Part shown: piece after piece, positions 35,203 to 49,176 of the stretch
How positions within the stretch are numbered: position 1 is the stretch's first letter
Layout: the number at the start of each line of letters is the position of its first letter
Assembly (NCBI RefSeq): GCF_006345805.1
Contig: NC_043000.1
Span: 152,520,001 to 152,584,000, forward strand
DNA length: 64,000 nt
Source: Octopus sinensis
Lineage: Eukaryota
Direction: 5' to 3'
Notes under the pieces: generated by a model
What the model saw: the letters and a program-made list of their open reading frames with translations, nothing else
What the model was told of the DNA's origin: nothing
The model's database searches: none
Position numbers and translations under genes: made by a program

Positions 35203-35802
35203 CAGAGAGAAAGAGAGAGAAGGTGAGAGAGAGGGAGAGAGAGGAAGGGAGAGAGAGGAAGGGAGAGAGAGAGAGAGATGGGTGAAAGAGGGAGTAAAGA
35301 GATATGTGATATTTCAGTCGTTTATATTCGAGGAAAGTTTTTACTCGAATAAATAAATAAATAGAACTTGTGAAACATTTCAAATATTTCATGTTTCAGA
35401 TCTGAAATTCATATCAATAGATTTATCACTTCCAGTATATAACCCCAGTATATTTTTGTTTTTTAGAGTAGACGCTCACTGAATGGACTTAAGATTAAAA
35501 CTTGTATAACTACCGGAATCATTATTATGACTGTTCTATATTACGTCGTAAATTGGCTCAAATTCCCTTACGTCATAACTTCCTTTTGGAAATGCATTCC
35601 AATAGCATTGATTGTCGTCTCTCATTCCGGTTCCCGAATATATTGGATTGTAAGGATATTTCTATAAACTCCGCTGGTGAAGTCCATCATTCTCGCAACT
35701 AAACCCACAACAAAAGTTGAACTCAGCACTTCAAGATAAAAAAAAAGAAAAGAAGAAAAAAGCAATCAAATATTTAGTAATTTTACTTTTCTTGAAGTGT
35801 TA

Positions 35803-36862
35803 TTTACTCTTTTACTCTTTTACTTGTTTCAGTCATTTGACTGCGGCCATGCTGGTGCACCGCCTTTAATCGAGCAACTCGACCCCGGGACTTATTCTTT
35901 TTGTAAGCCCAGTACTTATTCTATCGGTTTCTTTGCCGAACCGCTAAGTAACGGGGACATAAACACACCAGCATCGGTTGTCAAGCAATGCTAGGGGGAC
36001 AAACACAGACACACAAACACACACACGCATATATATATATATACATATATACGACGGGCTTCTTTCAGTTTCCGTCTACCAAATCCACTCACAAGGCATT
36101 GGTCGGCCCGAGGCTATAGTAGAAGACCATGTGGTTCGTAAACAAGCTACTTACCACACAGCCACTCATGCGCCTATTAGTATCTATTTACAACTAGAGG
36201 TTGACTAACATATATAATACTAAAAATGTTCTGGCAAAAGACACCGCCCAGCATTGGTGAAAACATGCACCAGCCGACCGCTCATTTAGTTTCTATATTT
36301 TCTTGTACGTTACCCTCTCGACCACCGACATTACCTCAGTTTCCGTGTGCGCTAGAAATAATCACTCGATATCTGGATTGGTAGGCGACCAAAAATTAAA
36401 AAAAAAAGAAGAAAATATCAGAAATCTGATACAGCAGGAGTGGCTGTGTGGTAAGTAGCTTGCTAACCAACCACATGGTTCCGGGTTCAGTCCCACTGCG
36501 TGACAGACTTGGGCAGTGTCTTCTACTATAGCCTCGAGCCGACCAATGCCTTGCGAGTGGATTTGGTAGACGGAAACTGAAGAAGCCCGCGTCATATATG
36601 TATATTATATATATATATATATAATATGCGTGTGTGTATGTTTGTGTGTCTGTGTTTGTCCCCTTAGCATTGCTTGACAACCGATGCTGGTGTGTTTATG
36701 TCCCCGTTACTTAGCGGTTCGGCAAAAGAGACCGATAGAATAAGTACTGGGCTTACAAAAAGAATAAGTCCCGGGGTCGAGTTGCTCGATTAAAGGCGGT
36801 GCTCCAGCATGGCCGCAGTCAAATGACTGAAACAATTAAGAGTAAAGAGTAAGAGTAAGAGA
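35803..36862. mobile_element. Head-to-head pair of CORE-like SINEs (35803-36174 minus; 36435-36862 plus)
   Basis: Two opposite-strand copies about 260 bp apart. Confidence 0.88.
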
Positions 36863-37059
36863 GCAGATCCGATTTTCTGTTGAAGCCATTCCACTTAACA
36901 GTCAATGAATTAGAAATAGCTTGATACGTTCACTCAGTTATATAAAACGCATCCTTCTACATTCTGATTTCAAATGTTGATTTTGGATTTTATCCAGAGT
37001 GGATAACCAGGGTGGATAAAACAAATATCACAAGATTAATTCCAGAGATAACACATACC

Positions 37060-38000
37060 ATATTCTTTTCTACTCTAGGTACAAGGCCCGAAATTTTTCG
37101 AGTGAGGGCTAGTCGATTAGATGGACCTCAGTACGCAACTGGTACTTAATTTACCGATTCCGAAAGGCAAAGTCGACTTCAGCGAAATTTGAACTCAGAA
37201 CATAAAGGCAGACGAAATACCTATTTCTTTATTACCCACAAGGGGCTAAACACAGGGGGGACAACAAGGACAGACAAACGGATTAAGTCGATTACATTGA
37301 CCCCAGTGCGTAACTGGTACTTAATTTATCGACCCCGAAAGGATGAAAGGCAAAGTCGACTTCGGCGGAATTTGAACTCAGAAAGTAGCGGCAGACGAAA
37401 CACTGCTAAGCATTTCACTCAGCGTGCTAACATTTCTAATTTCTTTATTGCCCACAAGGGGCTAAATATAGAGGGGATAAACAAGGACAGACAAAGGGAT
37501 TAAGTCGATTACATCGACTCCAGTGTGTAACTGGTACTTATTTAATCGACCCCACGGAATTTGAACTCAGAACGTAGCGGCAGACGAAATACCCATTTCT
37601 TTACAACCCACAAGGTGCTAATAACAGAGGGACGAACAAGGACTGACAAAGGGATTAAGTCGATTAGATCGACCCCAGTGCGTAACTGGAACTTATTTAA
37701 TCGACCCCGAAAGGATGGAAGGCAAAGATGACACGGCGGAATTTGAACTCAGAACGTAGCGGCAGATGAAATACCTATTTCTTTACATCCCCTAAGGTGC
37801 TAAACACAGAGGGACGAACAAGGACTGACAAAGGGATTAAGTCGATTAGATCGACCCCAGTGCGTAACTGGTACTTATTTAATCGACCCCGAAAGGATGG
37901 AAGGCAAAGTCGACTTCGGCGGAATTTGAACTCAGAAAGTAGCGGCAGACGAAATACCGCTAAGCATTTCGCCCGGCGTGCTAACGTTTCTGTCAGCCTT
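37060..38000 (-). mobile_element. Tandem array of Meta-domain SINE units (about 5)
   Basis: Repeated tail/Meta/B-box units with junctions GAAATACCTATTTC or variants. Confidence 0.88.
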
Positions 38001-38189
38001 ATAACATACAACCATATTACAAAAGCTAGCACTATGCTTTGACAAATTAAACGATTGTTAAACTCTGTATTACAGTAAATTCACAACACGGCAAATCTGC
38101 CGGCAGTTTTGATTTTGTTTTGAATCTTTTCATTTCAAGTAGGTTAGTGATGTTCTATATTTTACATGAAGATTGCACTGCGAAACATT

Positions 38190-38430
38190 TTAATTATCAG
38201 TTGAACTTGAGATTCTTTGCAGCACTTTCTACAGAAAGGAGTGTTCTCAATGAATTGGCGAAAAATGTACTCGGTAGCCTGCATATGATACTTGACAAAT
38301 TTGTTGGAAAATATTTTGATGGAGCAGCAAGTATGTGCGGTACTCATAGACCTTAGGTAGCAAGCAAAGATAGAAGAGCGTTCTCCGCTTGTCATCTTTT
38401 GTCTATAACCGTGATTCCTAACGTAGGGCA
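38190..38430 (+). mobile_element. Decayed hAT-type (ZMYM1/DUF4371-like) transposase fragment, repeated at about 39275-39515
   Basis: ILDKFVGKYFDGAASMCG resembles the hAT GQ.YDGAA.MSG motif. Confidence 0.55.
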
Positions 38431-38540
38431 CATGCTCCACCGGTGGGGAAGTAATATTTTGGTGAGGCGTACGTAGAGGTATGCTGAATTTTTATACCTT
38501 TTGTACAATGTTTGGTTTACAATAGAGAAAGGGGGCAATT

Positions 38541-38640
38541 NNNNNNNNNNNNNNNNNNNNNNNNNNNNNNNNNNNNNNNNNNNNNNNNNNNNNNNNNNNN
38601 NNNNNNNNNNNNNNNNNNNNNNNNNNNNNNNNNNNNNNNN
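38541..38640. other. Assembly gap
   Basis: 100 consecutive N. Confidence 1.
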
Positions 38641-40002
38641 CGGAATTTGAACTCAGAACGTAGCGGCAGACGAAATACCTATTTCTTTACAACCCACAAG
38701 TGCTAAACACAGAGGGACGAACAAGGACTGACAAAGGATTAAGTCGATTAGATCGACCCCAGTGCGTAACTGGAACTTATTTTATCGACCCCGAAAGGAT
38801 GGAAGGCAAGATGACCTCGGCGGAATTTGAACTCAGAACGTAGCGGCAGACGAAATACCTATTTCTTTACAACCCCCAAGGTGCTAAACACAGAGGGACG
38901 AACAAGGACTGACAAAGGGATTAAGTCGATTAGATCGACCCCAGTGCGTAACTGGTACTTATTTAATCGACCCCGAAAGGATGGAAGGCAAAGTCGACTT
39001 CGGTGGAATTTGAACTCAGAAAGTAGCGGCAGACGAAATACCGCTAAGCATTTCGCCCGGCGTGCTAACGTTTCTGTCAGCCTTATAACATACAACCATA
39101 TTACAAAAGCTAGCACTATGCTTTGACAAATTAAACGATTGTTAAACTCTGTATTACAGTAAATTCACAACACGGCAAATTTGCCGGCAGTTTTGATTTT
39201 GTTTTGAATCTTTTCATTTCAAGTAGGTTAGTGATGTTCTATATTTTACATGAAGATTGCACTGCGAAACATTTTAATTATCAGTTGAACTTGAGATTCT
39301 TTGCAGCACTTTCTACAGAAAGGAGTGTTCTCAATGAATTGGCGAAAAATGTACTCGGTAGCCTGCATATGATACTTGACAAATTTGTTGGAAAATATTT
39401 TGATGGAGCAGCAAGTATGTGCGGTACTCATAGACCTTAGGCAGCAAGCAAAGATAGAAGAGCGTTCTCCGCTTGTCATCTTTTGTCTATAACTGTGATT
39501 CTTAACGTAGGGCACATGCTCCACCGGTGGGGCATGGTAATATTTTGGTGAGGCATACGTAGAGTTATGCTGAATTTTTATACCTTTTGTACAAAATGTT
39601 TGGTTTACCAATAGAGAAAAGGGGCAATTCGAGAATGAGGTGTTAAAAAAAAAAATTCTTTACATTCCTTCTGTGGAGAATTTTATCAAATTTTGGACAC
39701 TTTACAGACAACAGGTCGTTTCCATGTTATTCATAAGATCTGATGTCACTAAAGAGGGAATAGATTATTTCCTTCGATTTAGTAGTATGTGAAAACATGT
39801 AGGTAATTACGAACGCGTATATGTGGTGTGTGTGCGTGTATGTGTGTGAAATGCTATCTTAATTCCCTATGGAAAAATAAACTAGAGACAGACTTAGGTG
39901 TGCGTGTGTCTCTGATGACGGAATATCCCATACTCGGGGATGCCCCAGAAACAGCTGTAAGATTTTGAATGTCTTCCTCCATTTTCTTATTTGTTTGTAT
40001 AT

Positions 40003-40040
<38 letters not shown>

Positions 40041-40753
40041 GCATACCTATATACAAAGACTATATTCATATATATTCTTACACACCATACTTGAATGTAA
40101 TGTGGAAGTAATTTCATCAAAATGTTAATGAGATAAGTGTTTTCGTATGTCAGGGAAAATAAATTTTTGAATATCATATTGTATATCATATTTGAATATC
40201 ATATTGTATACGACTTCAGATGTTTTCCTTGCCTTAATGATTAACGACCTGTTTAACAATTCCGCTGCATCGGAAATCTGCAATGGCTCCATACTACTGT
40301 CTCGGCTACAACCTTGGAGCCCCAGTAATCCGTTACAGCACTTACCTAGCGTACCTAATCGTTTAGATCACCTGCGAAATAAACCCCCATACTTTGTATA
40401 CACACACACACACACACACACACACCACACACACACACATATATATATAACACAAAGTAAGTTAGGGGTTATGGGTGCAACTCACTAAGGGATAGTATTT
40501 ATCCAATATACTGTTGGTAAAGTACCCAAATTCTTAATACATAAATACTTTTATATATATTTTTATTATATTATACAAATATATATATATGTATATAATA
40601 TATAAAAAAAACATAGTTAGACTATGGTTTTCAGTATATAGTTCTTCTTAATACATACAAGTTCATGCATAATATCAACATGAGGATTTTTTCTTTTCGT
40701 CAAAGTCGAAGTAAAAATTATACTTATATTTGTTTTCTCCATTTTCTTATTTG

Positions 40754-40789
<36 letters not shown>

Positions 40790-40792
<3 letters not shown>

Positions 40793-41600
40793 TAAACTTA
40801 GACTTAGATAAACTTAGATATGTTTCGACCAAAGATTGGTCCAGGCCATGTCCAACTTAATAGCACCACCTGATAGGATTATTCGAATCCTGTTTAAGTA
40901 AAGTTTTGTTTAAGTCAAGTTTTGTTCAAGTAGTGAGTTCTTGTTGGGTGAGTTGTATCCAATTATGGGTGGCTTATCTGGTATTCTTTGAAGAAATCTA
41001 TCCAGACTCTGTTTAAAGTTGATGGGATCCTTTACCTCTTTGATCTCCCTCGGGACAATGTTAAATAGGGCAGGGCCTGTTGAGGAAAAGAAATTATGTT
41101 GCAGTGTACATGTATGTTGTGATCTTGAATTGGGCAGGGGACGTATAGCCCGTGGTCCAAGTCTTGGATGAACCTTGAAGCTAATGTTTAGGTCGTTTGG
41201 GCAAAGTTGACGGTATATTTTCCACATCGTACAAATGATGTACCGCTCACGGCGACGCTGGAGGGAGTAACGTTTCAAGGCTTTAAGGCGATCCCAATAA
41301 TCGAGAGCAGCCATGCCTTCAATTTGTTTAGTGAGTGCCCTCTGAGGTGACTCAATTCTGGAGATGTTTTGTCTTGTGTGAGGAGACCACAGTGGGCAGC
41401 AGTATTCAAGGTGTGGCCGTACAAAGGAGGAAAAAAGTGGTATGATGACACCTTGTTCTCTGGACCGGAAAGTTCTTAAGATCCAGGAACTCATCCTACG
41501 AGCTATATCGACCTTCTTGTTGATGTGTGCACTCCAACTGAGATCGTCATCAACAATTACACCCAGGTCTCTGATATTGTTAGAGGCTGTGAGCGGTTCA
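40790..41600 (-). mobile_element. CR1-group (Crack-like) LINE, 5'-truncated; C-terminal 194-aa ORF open
   Basis: IRDLGVIVD..LSW..HI...VRPHLEYCCPLWSP...LQRRRERY...IPDKP motifs; short tandem tail (TCTAAGTTTA) next to (TA)n. Confidence 0.9.
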
Positions 41601-41877
41601 TATGCATACTTATATACAAAGACATATATTCATATATATTCTTACACACACATACTTGAATGTAATGTGGAAGTAATTCCATCAGGAACGTTAATGATAA
41701 AATGACTTCCACATGACATTCAACAAAATTAAATGACTAACAACAATTATGTAATTTTTATATAGTTGAGATAAGTGTTTTCGTATGGTCAGGGAAAAAG
41801 AAATTTTTGAATATCATTTCAGATCATTTCTTTTCTATTCTTCCACACACATACACACCTATATGTGTATATATGCA

Positions 41878-42015
<138 letters not shown>

Positions 42016-42265
42016 CGTATGTGTACGCGCGTGTTTTAAAAATTACATTGAATCTCGGTCACTCTTCCTTGATTTTTTTTATTCTATGAAGCTTAGCCAC
42101 GTACTTCTGAATAGGTAACCGCAGCTCTTATTTGTGTCTGTATGTGTGTGTGTTTGTATATGTGAGAGAGTTGTGTGTCTATATACATATTAATGTATTT
42201 ATGTATATATATATATATATATACCCCACCACACATATATATGTATATATGTATATTTACACATT

Positions 42266-42308
<43 letters not shown>

Positions 42309-43880
42309 CTCGCATATTTATAAGTGTCTCTGTATGTGTGAACATGTTTGGCTGTTTTATTCCATTCATCCACCTCACTATTCGTTCCTATGTTAAGACC
42401 GACATAACCTCCACTTTTCTGTGCCTAAGAAAATTAAGCCGATTGACTAACTTGCTAAAATTGCAGCTAAATCTTCCTTAACTCACATCCTATCTTAAAT
42501 TTTTAAGACACTGTGCTTTAAAATTATTATGCTGGGTAGACATGTACCCAGCATAATAAGGCTTTGGGTACATTATACCTGAGCGAAAGTTAGGATGATA
42601 GCGATATCTTTCTTTGCAAGTTCATGTAATGAAAGATAGCCTGGAAGTAGCAGCAGCAGCAGCCGTAGCAGCAGCAGCAGCAGCCGCCGTTGTAACTATA
42701 GCATCAACAATAACACCAACAACAGTTATTGCATTTTGATAAATACCTTCTAAGATGAAAGGTCACTCACTTGATTCCACTTAGTACGTGATGTATACAG
42801 GATCTGTCTAAACAAACACTTAGTAAAACAAATATCTTGGGTAATCACAAATTTCGTTCTCATCAAAATGTCAACCAACTTGGTTTTGGCGAATTTTGAA
42901 AAACACAAATTTCGTATGTTTTAGATTTCTATCTGATTATGTAGGAAGAATATTCCATGAATGTTTTCCTTAGCTGAAAATTCTGGGTGTGTTAATTCGT
43001 TGGCAATATAACAAATCGAGATTCTTAAAATCTGACCTGACGTGAACTATTTTTCAGAAATAAAAAAAAGGAAAAAGAACAAAAAAAAAAAAAGAATTAG
43101 GCATAAAACGACAGAATAAATATTTTTATAGCGCCAAAGATATTGAGATAGGAGTGTGGCAACTTGTTTCTTTTTAACATGATTTCAGCAACGTAGTGAA
43201 GTAAAATGGTTTCGAATCTAAATCAAAAATGGTTGGCACGATAAAATTATTTCTAATTTAGGTACTAGGTCAAGAATTTTGAGAGGAGGAGCTTTAACCA
43301 ATTCAATCGGGCCTTGTACTTGCTTTACTTTTTCGATTTCAAAAGGATGAAAGGTAAAGATGACCTCGGTGGTGTTTGAAATCAAATCAAGATAGCACTA
43401 TAAAATACTACACTCTGCAAGATTTTAATCGAAACTTAATATTATTGACCTTATGTTGTATTGGAACGAAAATAGGAATGTGTGATGGCTGACTACTTTA
43501 GAACAAGGAAAAAACCTCTATGCGGTCACTTCATCTGTTAGATACCGCAGCTAAATCTCCTTTAAATCTCAAGAATGGTAGGACATATAGGATAAGGTGG
43601 CCGTAGATACGCTGTATCAAATAGAGACAGGATAGACACGGAATGTGGATCAGGGCTGAAAATATAATAGTTGTTCGTAACCTATCAGTGAAGTCCATTG
43701 TGAAGACGTTTAACTTCGAACATTCAAATATGCTTCGTTTCAAATAAGTACAATGTGTGATGTAACGTACACGCCAGCTTTGTGAAATTTATGAGTATTT
43801 TATTCATTTTTTACTGTAATGAAATAATTTCATTTGAACAAATCTGACAGATAAATATAACTTCATAAGTTATATGGGGC

Positions 43881-44371
43881 GTACATACATACATACATAC
43901 ACACATACATACATACATACATACATACATACATACATACATACATACATACATACATACATACATACACACACATACATACATACATACATACATACAT
44001 ACATACATACATACATACATACACACACATACATACATACATACATACATACATACATACACACACATACATACATACATACATACATACATACATACAT
44101 ACATACATACATACATACATACACACACATACATACATATATACATACATACATATATACATACATACATACATATATACATACATACATACATACATAC
44201 ATACATACATACATACACGTATACATACATACATACATGTATACATACAAAACACACAAACATACATATATACATACATACATACATACATACACACATA
44301 CATACATACGTGCGTACATACATACACACATACATACACACATACATACATACATACATACATACATACAT
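43881..44371. repeat. (CATA)n microsatellite, about 490 bp; similar compound tract at 46400-46970
   Basis: Read directly. Confidence 0.95.
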
Positions 44372-45005
44372 GAGGATTAATTCCTTTGCCTGCTGGTTGT
44401 AAACAAATAAGGATACAATTTCCATTCTTTCTGTACCAGTCAAACTTGTTCTACTTTATGCTTCTTATTTACATTGTCTCTTATTTTTTCTTATATTTCA
44501 CGTCATTGTTCTACCATCGGCGCACAACGTAGTGGGCTGGGAAATGCACCTCTCTATTTTGGGCAATGTTCAAGTTTTCGGGCAGAAATTTGAGATGAAA
44601 AAAACAAGACACGAGAATAGACAAGGTCTTTTTTTTCTTGGAGGTGAATGTGTTGATAATCTTGCCATCATTTTAAAATAGAGCTGCATTTGGGTCCACC
44701 CACACAATACAAATCAGAGCCAAAATATTCACGACCTTGTCCAAGGAACTGTTGAACAATTGTTGTGATTAATTTTTGTGATATTCGCTACATCGTTAGA
44801 ACTGTAGTTAAAGTTTTACCCGTGGTTCCAGAAACTTCATATTCTTTTGAGGATTATTTTAGTACCTAAACTAAACTAGACTAAACTAAGCTGAACTAAA
44901 CTAAATTAAATAAAGAGTTATCAACACAAAACAAGGAAAAAATTTGGCTCTATGTATCGAAGGGTTCGATATAAATGCTACTCTGCGAAATGGTATTAAG
45001 ATTAT

Positions 45006-45237
45006 AAGGCGGCGAGCTGGCAGAACCGTTAGCATGCCGGGCGAAATGCTTAGCGGTATTTCGTCTGCGTTACGTTGTGAGTTCAAATTCCGCCGAGGTC
45101 GACTTTGCCTTTCATCCTTTCGGGGTCGATAAATTAGGTACCAGTTACGCACTGGGGTCGATGTAATCGACTTGATACCTATGTCTGTCCTTGTTTGTCC
45201 CCTCTGTGTTTAGCCCCTTGTGGGTAATAAAGAAATA
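45006..45237 (+). mobile_element. Meta-domain SINE with 14-bp TSD
   Basis: GGTATTAAGATTAT at 44992-45005 and 45238-45251. Confidence 0.92.
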
Positions 45238-46450
45238 GGTATTAAGATTATCAACATTCGGTTTTAAGAAGAAAAAAAAACCCTTCTGCATTCAGCTCCT
45301 CTTTCGAATTCATTTTTTATTGGACAATGATTAATGAGTATAAAAATGTCATCAACTGTTACTATTTAATGATCGAACATTTATACAATATTTTCGATCT
45401 ATTAGTATTACATTTTAACTTGTTTTTAATATCAGTTAACATTATCAATTTGTTCAGCGATCTTTTGAGTTTTCAGATAATTTGAAAACTTTTCGCGAAA
45501 AGGTTAGGGTCCTTCCTCAGCCTCCCTTCCAAAAAAAGCTTCACCCGTTCGTCCAAATGTATTATTGTCAGTGTTCTTCTTGTCTACTCATCGCCTTTAT
45601 ACGTAGTCTTGCTCTTTTGGATGAAACATTGAATATACAGTGGTCGCCAAAGCGCGAAACTTTGTTATCATCCATTCACTATCATATGAACATGACGACT
45701 GGAGGCTACACCAGCCGAAACGTGCTAACAACAAACAAGATGAGGACATCTTGTCGATCGTGGAGCCGCAAAGCGTGCAGCACCGTTGGCCGAGCGCCCT
45801 GGTTGTCGGGCTGGCGCCGGCTGGATGAGGTTTCAACAGGCATTCACTAAAACAAGCGTTTTCAATCGGTAACATTATGCTGAGCAGTGGATTACTTGAT
45901 GATTCGTTAGAGGTCCCAATTCACAGCTGCTTCTCTATGCAGGAACTATCAAAAACTTCGCAAAACCGAATAGGTTTGTACTATCTCTGACCAATGGACA
46001 CTATCTATCTTCTCTGGCCTACCACTAGTAGCAGTTTTCAGTTATGAGTTGTTTATATGTAAAGAAGAAGTGCTTTTAAATTGTGTTTGTTACTTTGACA
46101 TATGCAACGACTGTGTCATCGAGCTTTTCCAAAAAAAAACTAAACTGGAAAACGTTTTCAAGGTTTCTAATCAAATAAATAGGTGCAAAGTATCGTGTGA
46201 ATCTTTTCTCTAGGTTGTGTATACAAAGTTGCATGTGTGGACAGTTAAGAAGACAGAAGGGGTGATGTCATTTGTGAATAGGAGTGGGTTGTGTCACGTA
46301 TGTTATTATTTTCACAAAATTGGGTCAATCAACGTTCTTTGCTTCTCAGTAAAATAAAGAGTCTAGTTGAAGTCCCAGTTTACAAACTGAATTAGCACAC
46401 ACATGCAGACACTGACACACATACATACATACATACATTACATACATACA

Positions 46451-46485
<35 letters not shown>

Positions 46486-46684
46486 CATACATACATACGT
46501 GCGTACATACATACATAATACATACATACATAATACATACATACATACATACATACATACACACATACATACATACATACATATATACATACACACATAC
46601 ATACATATATACATACACACATACATACATACATGCATACATACGTGCGTACATACTACATACATACATACATACATACATACA

Positions 46685-46715
<31 letters not shown>

Positions 46716-46896
46716 GTACATACATACATAAATATGCATATATATATCATGAATGTATAGACATGCACGCGCACACATACATACACATATATGTACACAC
46801 TCACACATACAACACACACACGTACACACACATATATATACTCACACACACGCGCACACGTATATATATTCCCATATATGGTTGTGCGTGTGTGTG

Positions 46897-46970
<74 letters not shown>

Positions 46971-48061
46971 CTAGTATATATGTGAGTATGTAACGTATAT
47001 ATTTCGTTTTCGTATTTATTTTGCAACATTCTTGATGTGAAATCGTGAGCTGAAACAGATGTTGCTGTGTCTTGAGATGGCCATTCTGTTAACTAAGTCT
47101 TACGCATTGATTCTATTTTCTTCTTCGTTATTTTTAATTGTTAATTGAACTAATTAACGAGTTAACTAACCGAGTGCTTGAACAATCGTCTAATCAACCA
47201 TATCTGTTTATTAGTGTGTTAGAGTTCATTCGTTTTCCCCCAAGACGACATCAATGACGTGTTCCCTTGGCTACAGGTCTAAGATGATGTATCTATAATG
47301 GCTGTAGTGTGTTTTGCGAGTAGATTTAAGCTTTTTGGAATCTGTGTGATAGAGAGATTGTGTGATTACTAGTGTGTGGGTGTATGTGTGTTTCATTGGG
47401 GTTTCAATTTCTTTTTGCTTTGTTTCAGTCTGTATATGTGCCTCGATAAATTGTGTATTGGCATACGTTCGCGCGTACGTTTTATGGATGTGGATATGTG
47501 TACGCGCGTGCATATGAGTCGAGTTTGCTTGTAGCTTATTCGCGAGTGTTGGCTTGTATTAAGTACGTCACATTTTTGTAACTCTGTGCTGTCCTTTTAT
47601 TATCTCCCAACGCAATGCTAAATCCATCTATACATATACGTGCTTCTTTTTACACTCACATATATGCACCTCAGTGCTGGATTAACCATTAAGCAAAATA
47701 AGTACGTGCTTAGGGGACACCGCAGAAATTGTAAATGGTCTACGGCACAAAAGAAATCCCTTTAAACTCGATAAAATAATATTCGAAGCGGTTTATATGA
47801 TCGGAAATATAATTTCGAAGTGTTCATGGTGAGGGTCTGTTCAAAAACTTTGCGAGTAAAAGTGGGAGAAAACTTATCAAATGCAAATAAAGTGGAAGTA
47901 TATAAAAATAAAAATAATTTTCCATCTTATTATTAGTTTTGCTTTATTTTGAAAATTAAAGAGTTATTTTATGCAGTTCTATATTTAAGAGATGAGGAAT
48001 TATGTACATTATTTACATTATTTACATTTGACGGATATTTGTTCTCATCTTGTTTGTTGTC

Positions 48062-48107
48062 AACACAACATTTCAGCTGATATACCCTCCAGCCGTCATC
48101 AGGTGTC
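48062..48107 (-). ncRNA. Minimal hammerhead ribozyme core (left arm)
   Basis: GACAC-CTGATGA-cGGCTG..CAGCT-GAAA-TGTT-GTGTT: stem I GACAC/GTGTT, stem II GGCTG/CAGCT. Confidence 0.65.
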
Positions 48108-48320
48108 TTGGGGAAATCTCGAACCTGGGTTCTCGTTCCTAAAGTATTTTTCGATGTTGTTGTTGTTGTTGTTATTATTATTATTATTATTCAGGTCACT
48201 GCCTAGAATCGAACTCGGAATCTTGGGGTTAGTAGCCCGCGCTCTTAATTACTACGCAATATGCCCACGGGCATCGAAAAATACCTTAGGAAAGAGAACC
48301 CAGGTTTGAAATTTCCCCAA

Positions 48321-48366
48321 GACACCTGATGAAGGCTGGAGGGTATAATAGCCGAAAAGTTATGTT
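48321..48366 (+). ncRNA. Minimal hammerhead ribozyme core, mutated (right arm)
   Basis: GACAC-CTGATGA-aGGCTG..TAGCC-GAAA-AGTT-ATGTT. Confidence 0.55.
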
Positions 48367-48479
48367 AACAACAAACAAGATTGGGACAAATATCCGTCAA
48401 TTGTAAATAATGTAAATAATGAACTTATTTTAAGGTTGTTATTGTTTGTATTTTAAATTACATATATATGTAATATATA

Positions 48480-48888
48480 GGCGCAGGAGTGGCTGTGTGG
48501 TAAGTAGCTTGCTAACCAACCACATGGTTCCGGGTTCAGTCCCACTGCGTGGCATCTTGGGCAAGTGTCTTCTGCTATAGCCCCGGGCCGACCAATGCCT
48601 TGTGAGTGGATTTGGTAGACGGAAACTGAAAGAAGCCTGTCGTATATATGTATATATATATATGTGCATGTGTGTGTTTGTGTTTGTCCCCCTAGCATTG
48701 CTTGACAACCGATGCTGGTGTGTTTACGTCCCCGTCACTTAGCGGTTCGGCAAAAGAGACCGATAGAATAAGTACTGGGCTTACAAAAAGAATAAGCCCC
48801 GGGGTCGATTTGCTCGACTAAAGGCGGTGCTCCAGCATGGTCGCAGTCAAATGACTGAAACAAGTAAAAGAGTAAAAGAGTAAAGAGT
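48480..48888 (+). mobile_element. CORE-like SINE, full length
   Basis: Near consensus. Confidence 0.9.
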
Positions 48889-49142
48889 ATGTATAGAGGC
48901 ACCAAAATCTTTTAATTTCCTTTACACGTCTTAATCCGGCTCTGATGCACTTATACGCTCACATTCGCTTATATGTGTACACACAAACATAAGTACGTAA
49001 ACTCGTACTTATATATATATATATATGCCTATATATAAACATGTGTGTGTGTGTGTGTTGCATATACCTTACATCCGACTACACAGATTTTCGCATACGC
49101 GCATGCACATACACATACACTCATACAGGCGCGCTTGCAGAA

Positions 49143-49176
<34 letters not shown>

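Larger units (their letters stand above)
48004..48423 (-). mobile_element. tRNA-headed element with PLE-type tail and an inverted tail copy
   Basis: Arms 48004-48156 and 48272-48423 are reverse complements. The centre holds a tRNA-like head (B-box GAGTTCGATTC on minus) and (TAA)n(CAA)n. Confidence 0.75.

Noticed and set aside
40345-40370. 26-nt segment between a good acceptor and AG|GTAAGT on the minus strand
   Set aside because: Stop codons in all three frames, so not a coding micro-exon.
43811-44443. Long YVCM/HTYI repeat ORFs (also 46392-47029, 53135-53551, 41785-42118 and many YI/CV ORFs)
   Set aside because: Stop-free frames produced by (CATA)n, (CA)n, (TA)n and (TCTA)n microsatellites.
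45788-45870. 15-nt identity (GCTGGCGCCGGCTGG) to the HDV genomic ribozyme, with an upstream GGCCG(A)GC
   Set aside because: No P2 partner, L3 lacks the CC needed for P1.1, and there is no J4/2 catalytic C motif. Treated as chance.
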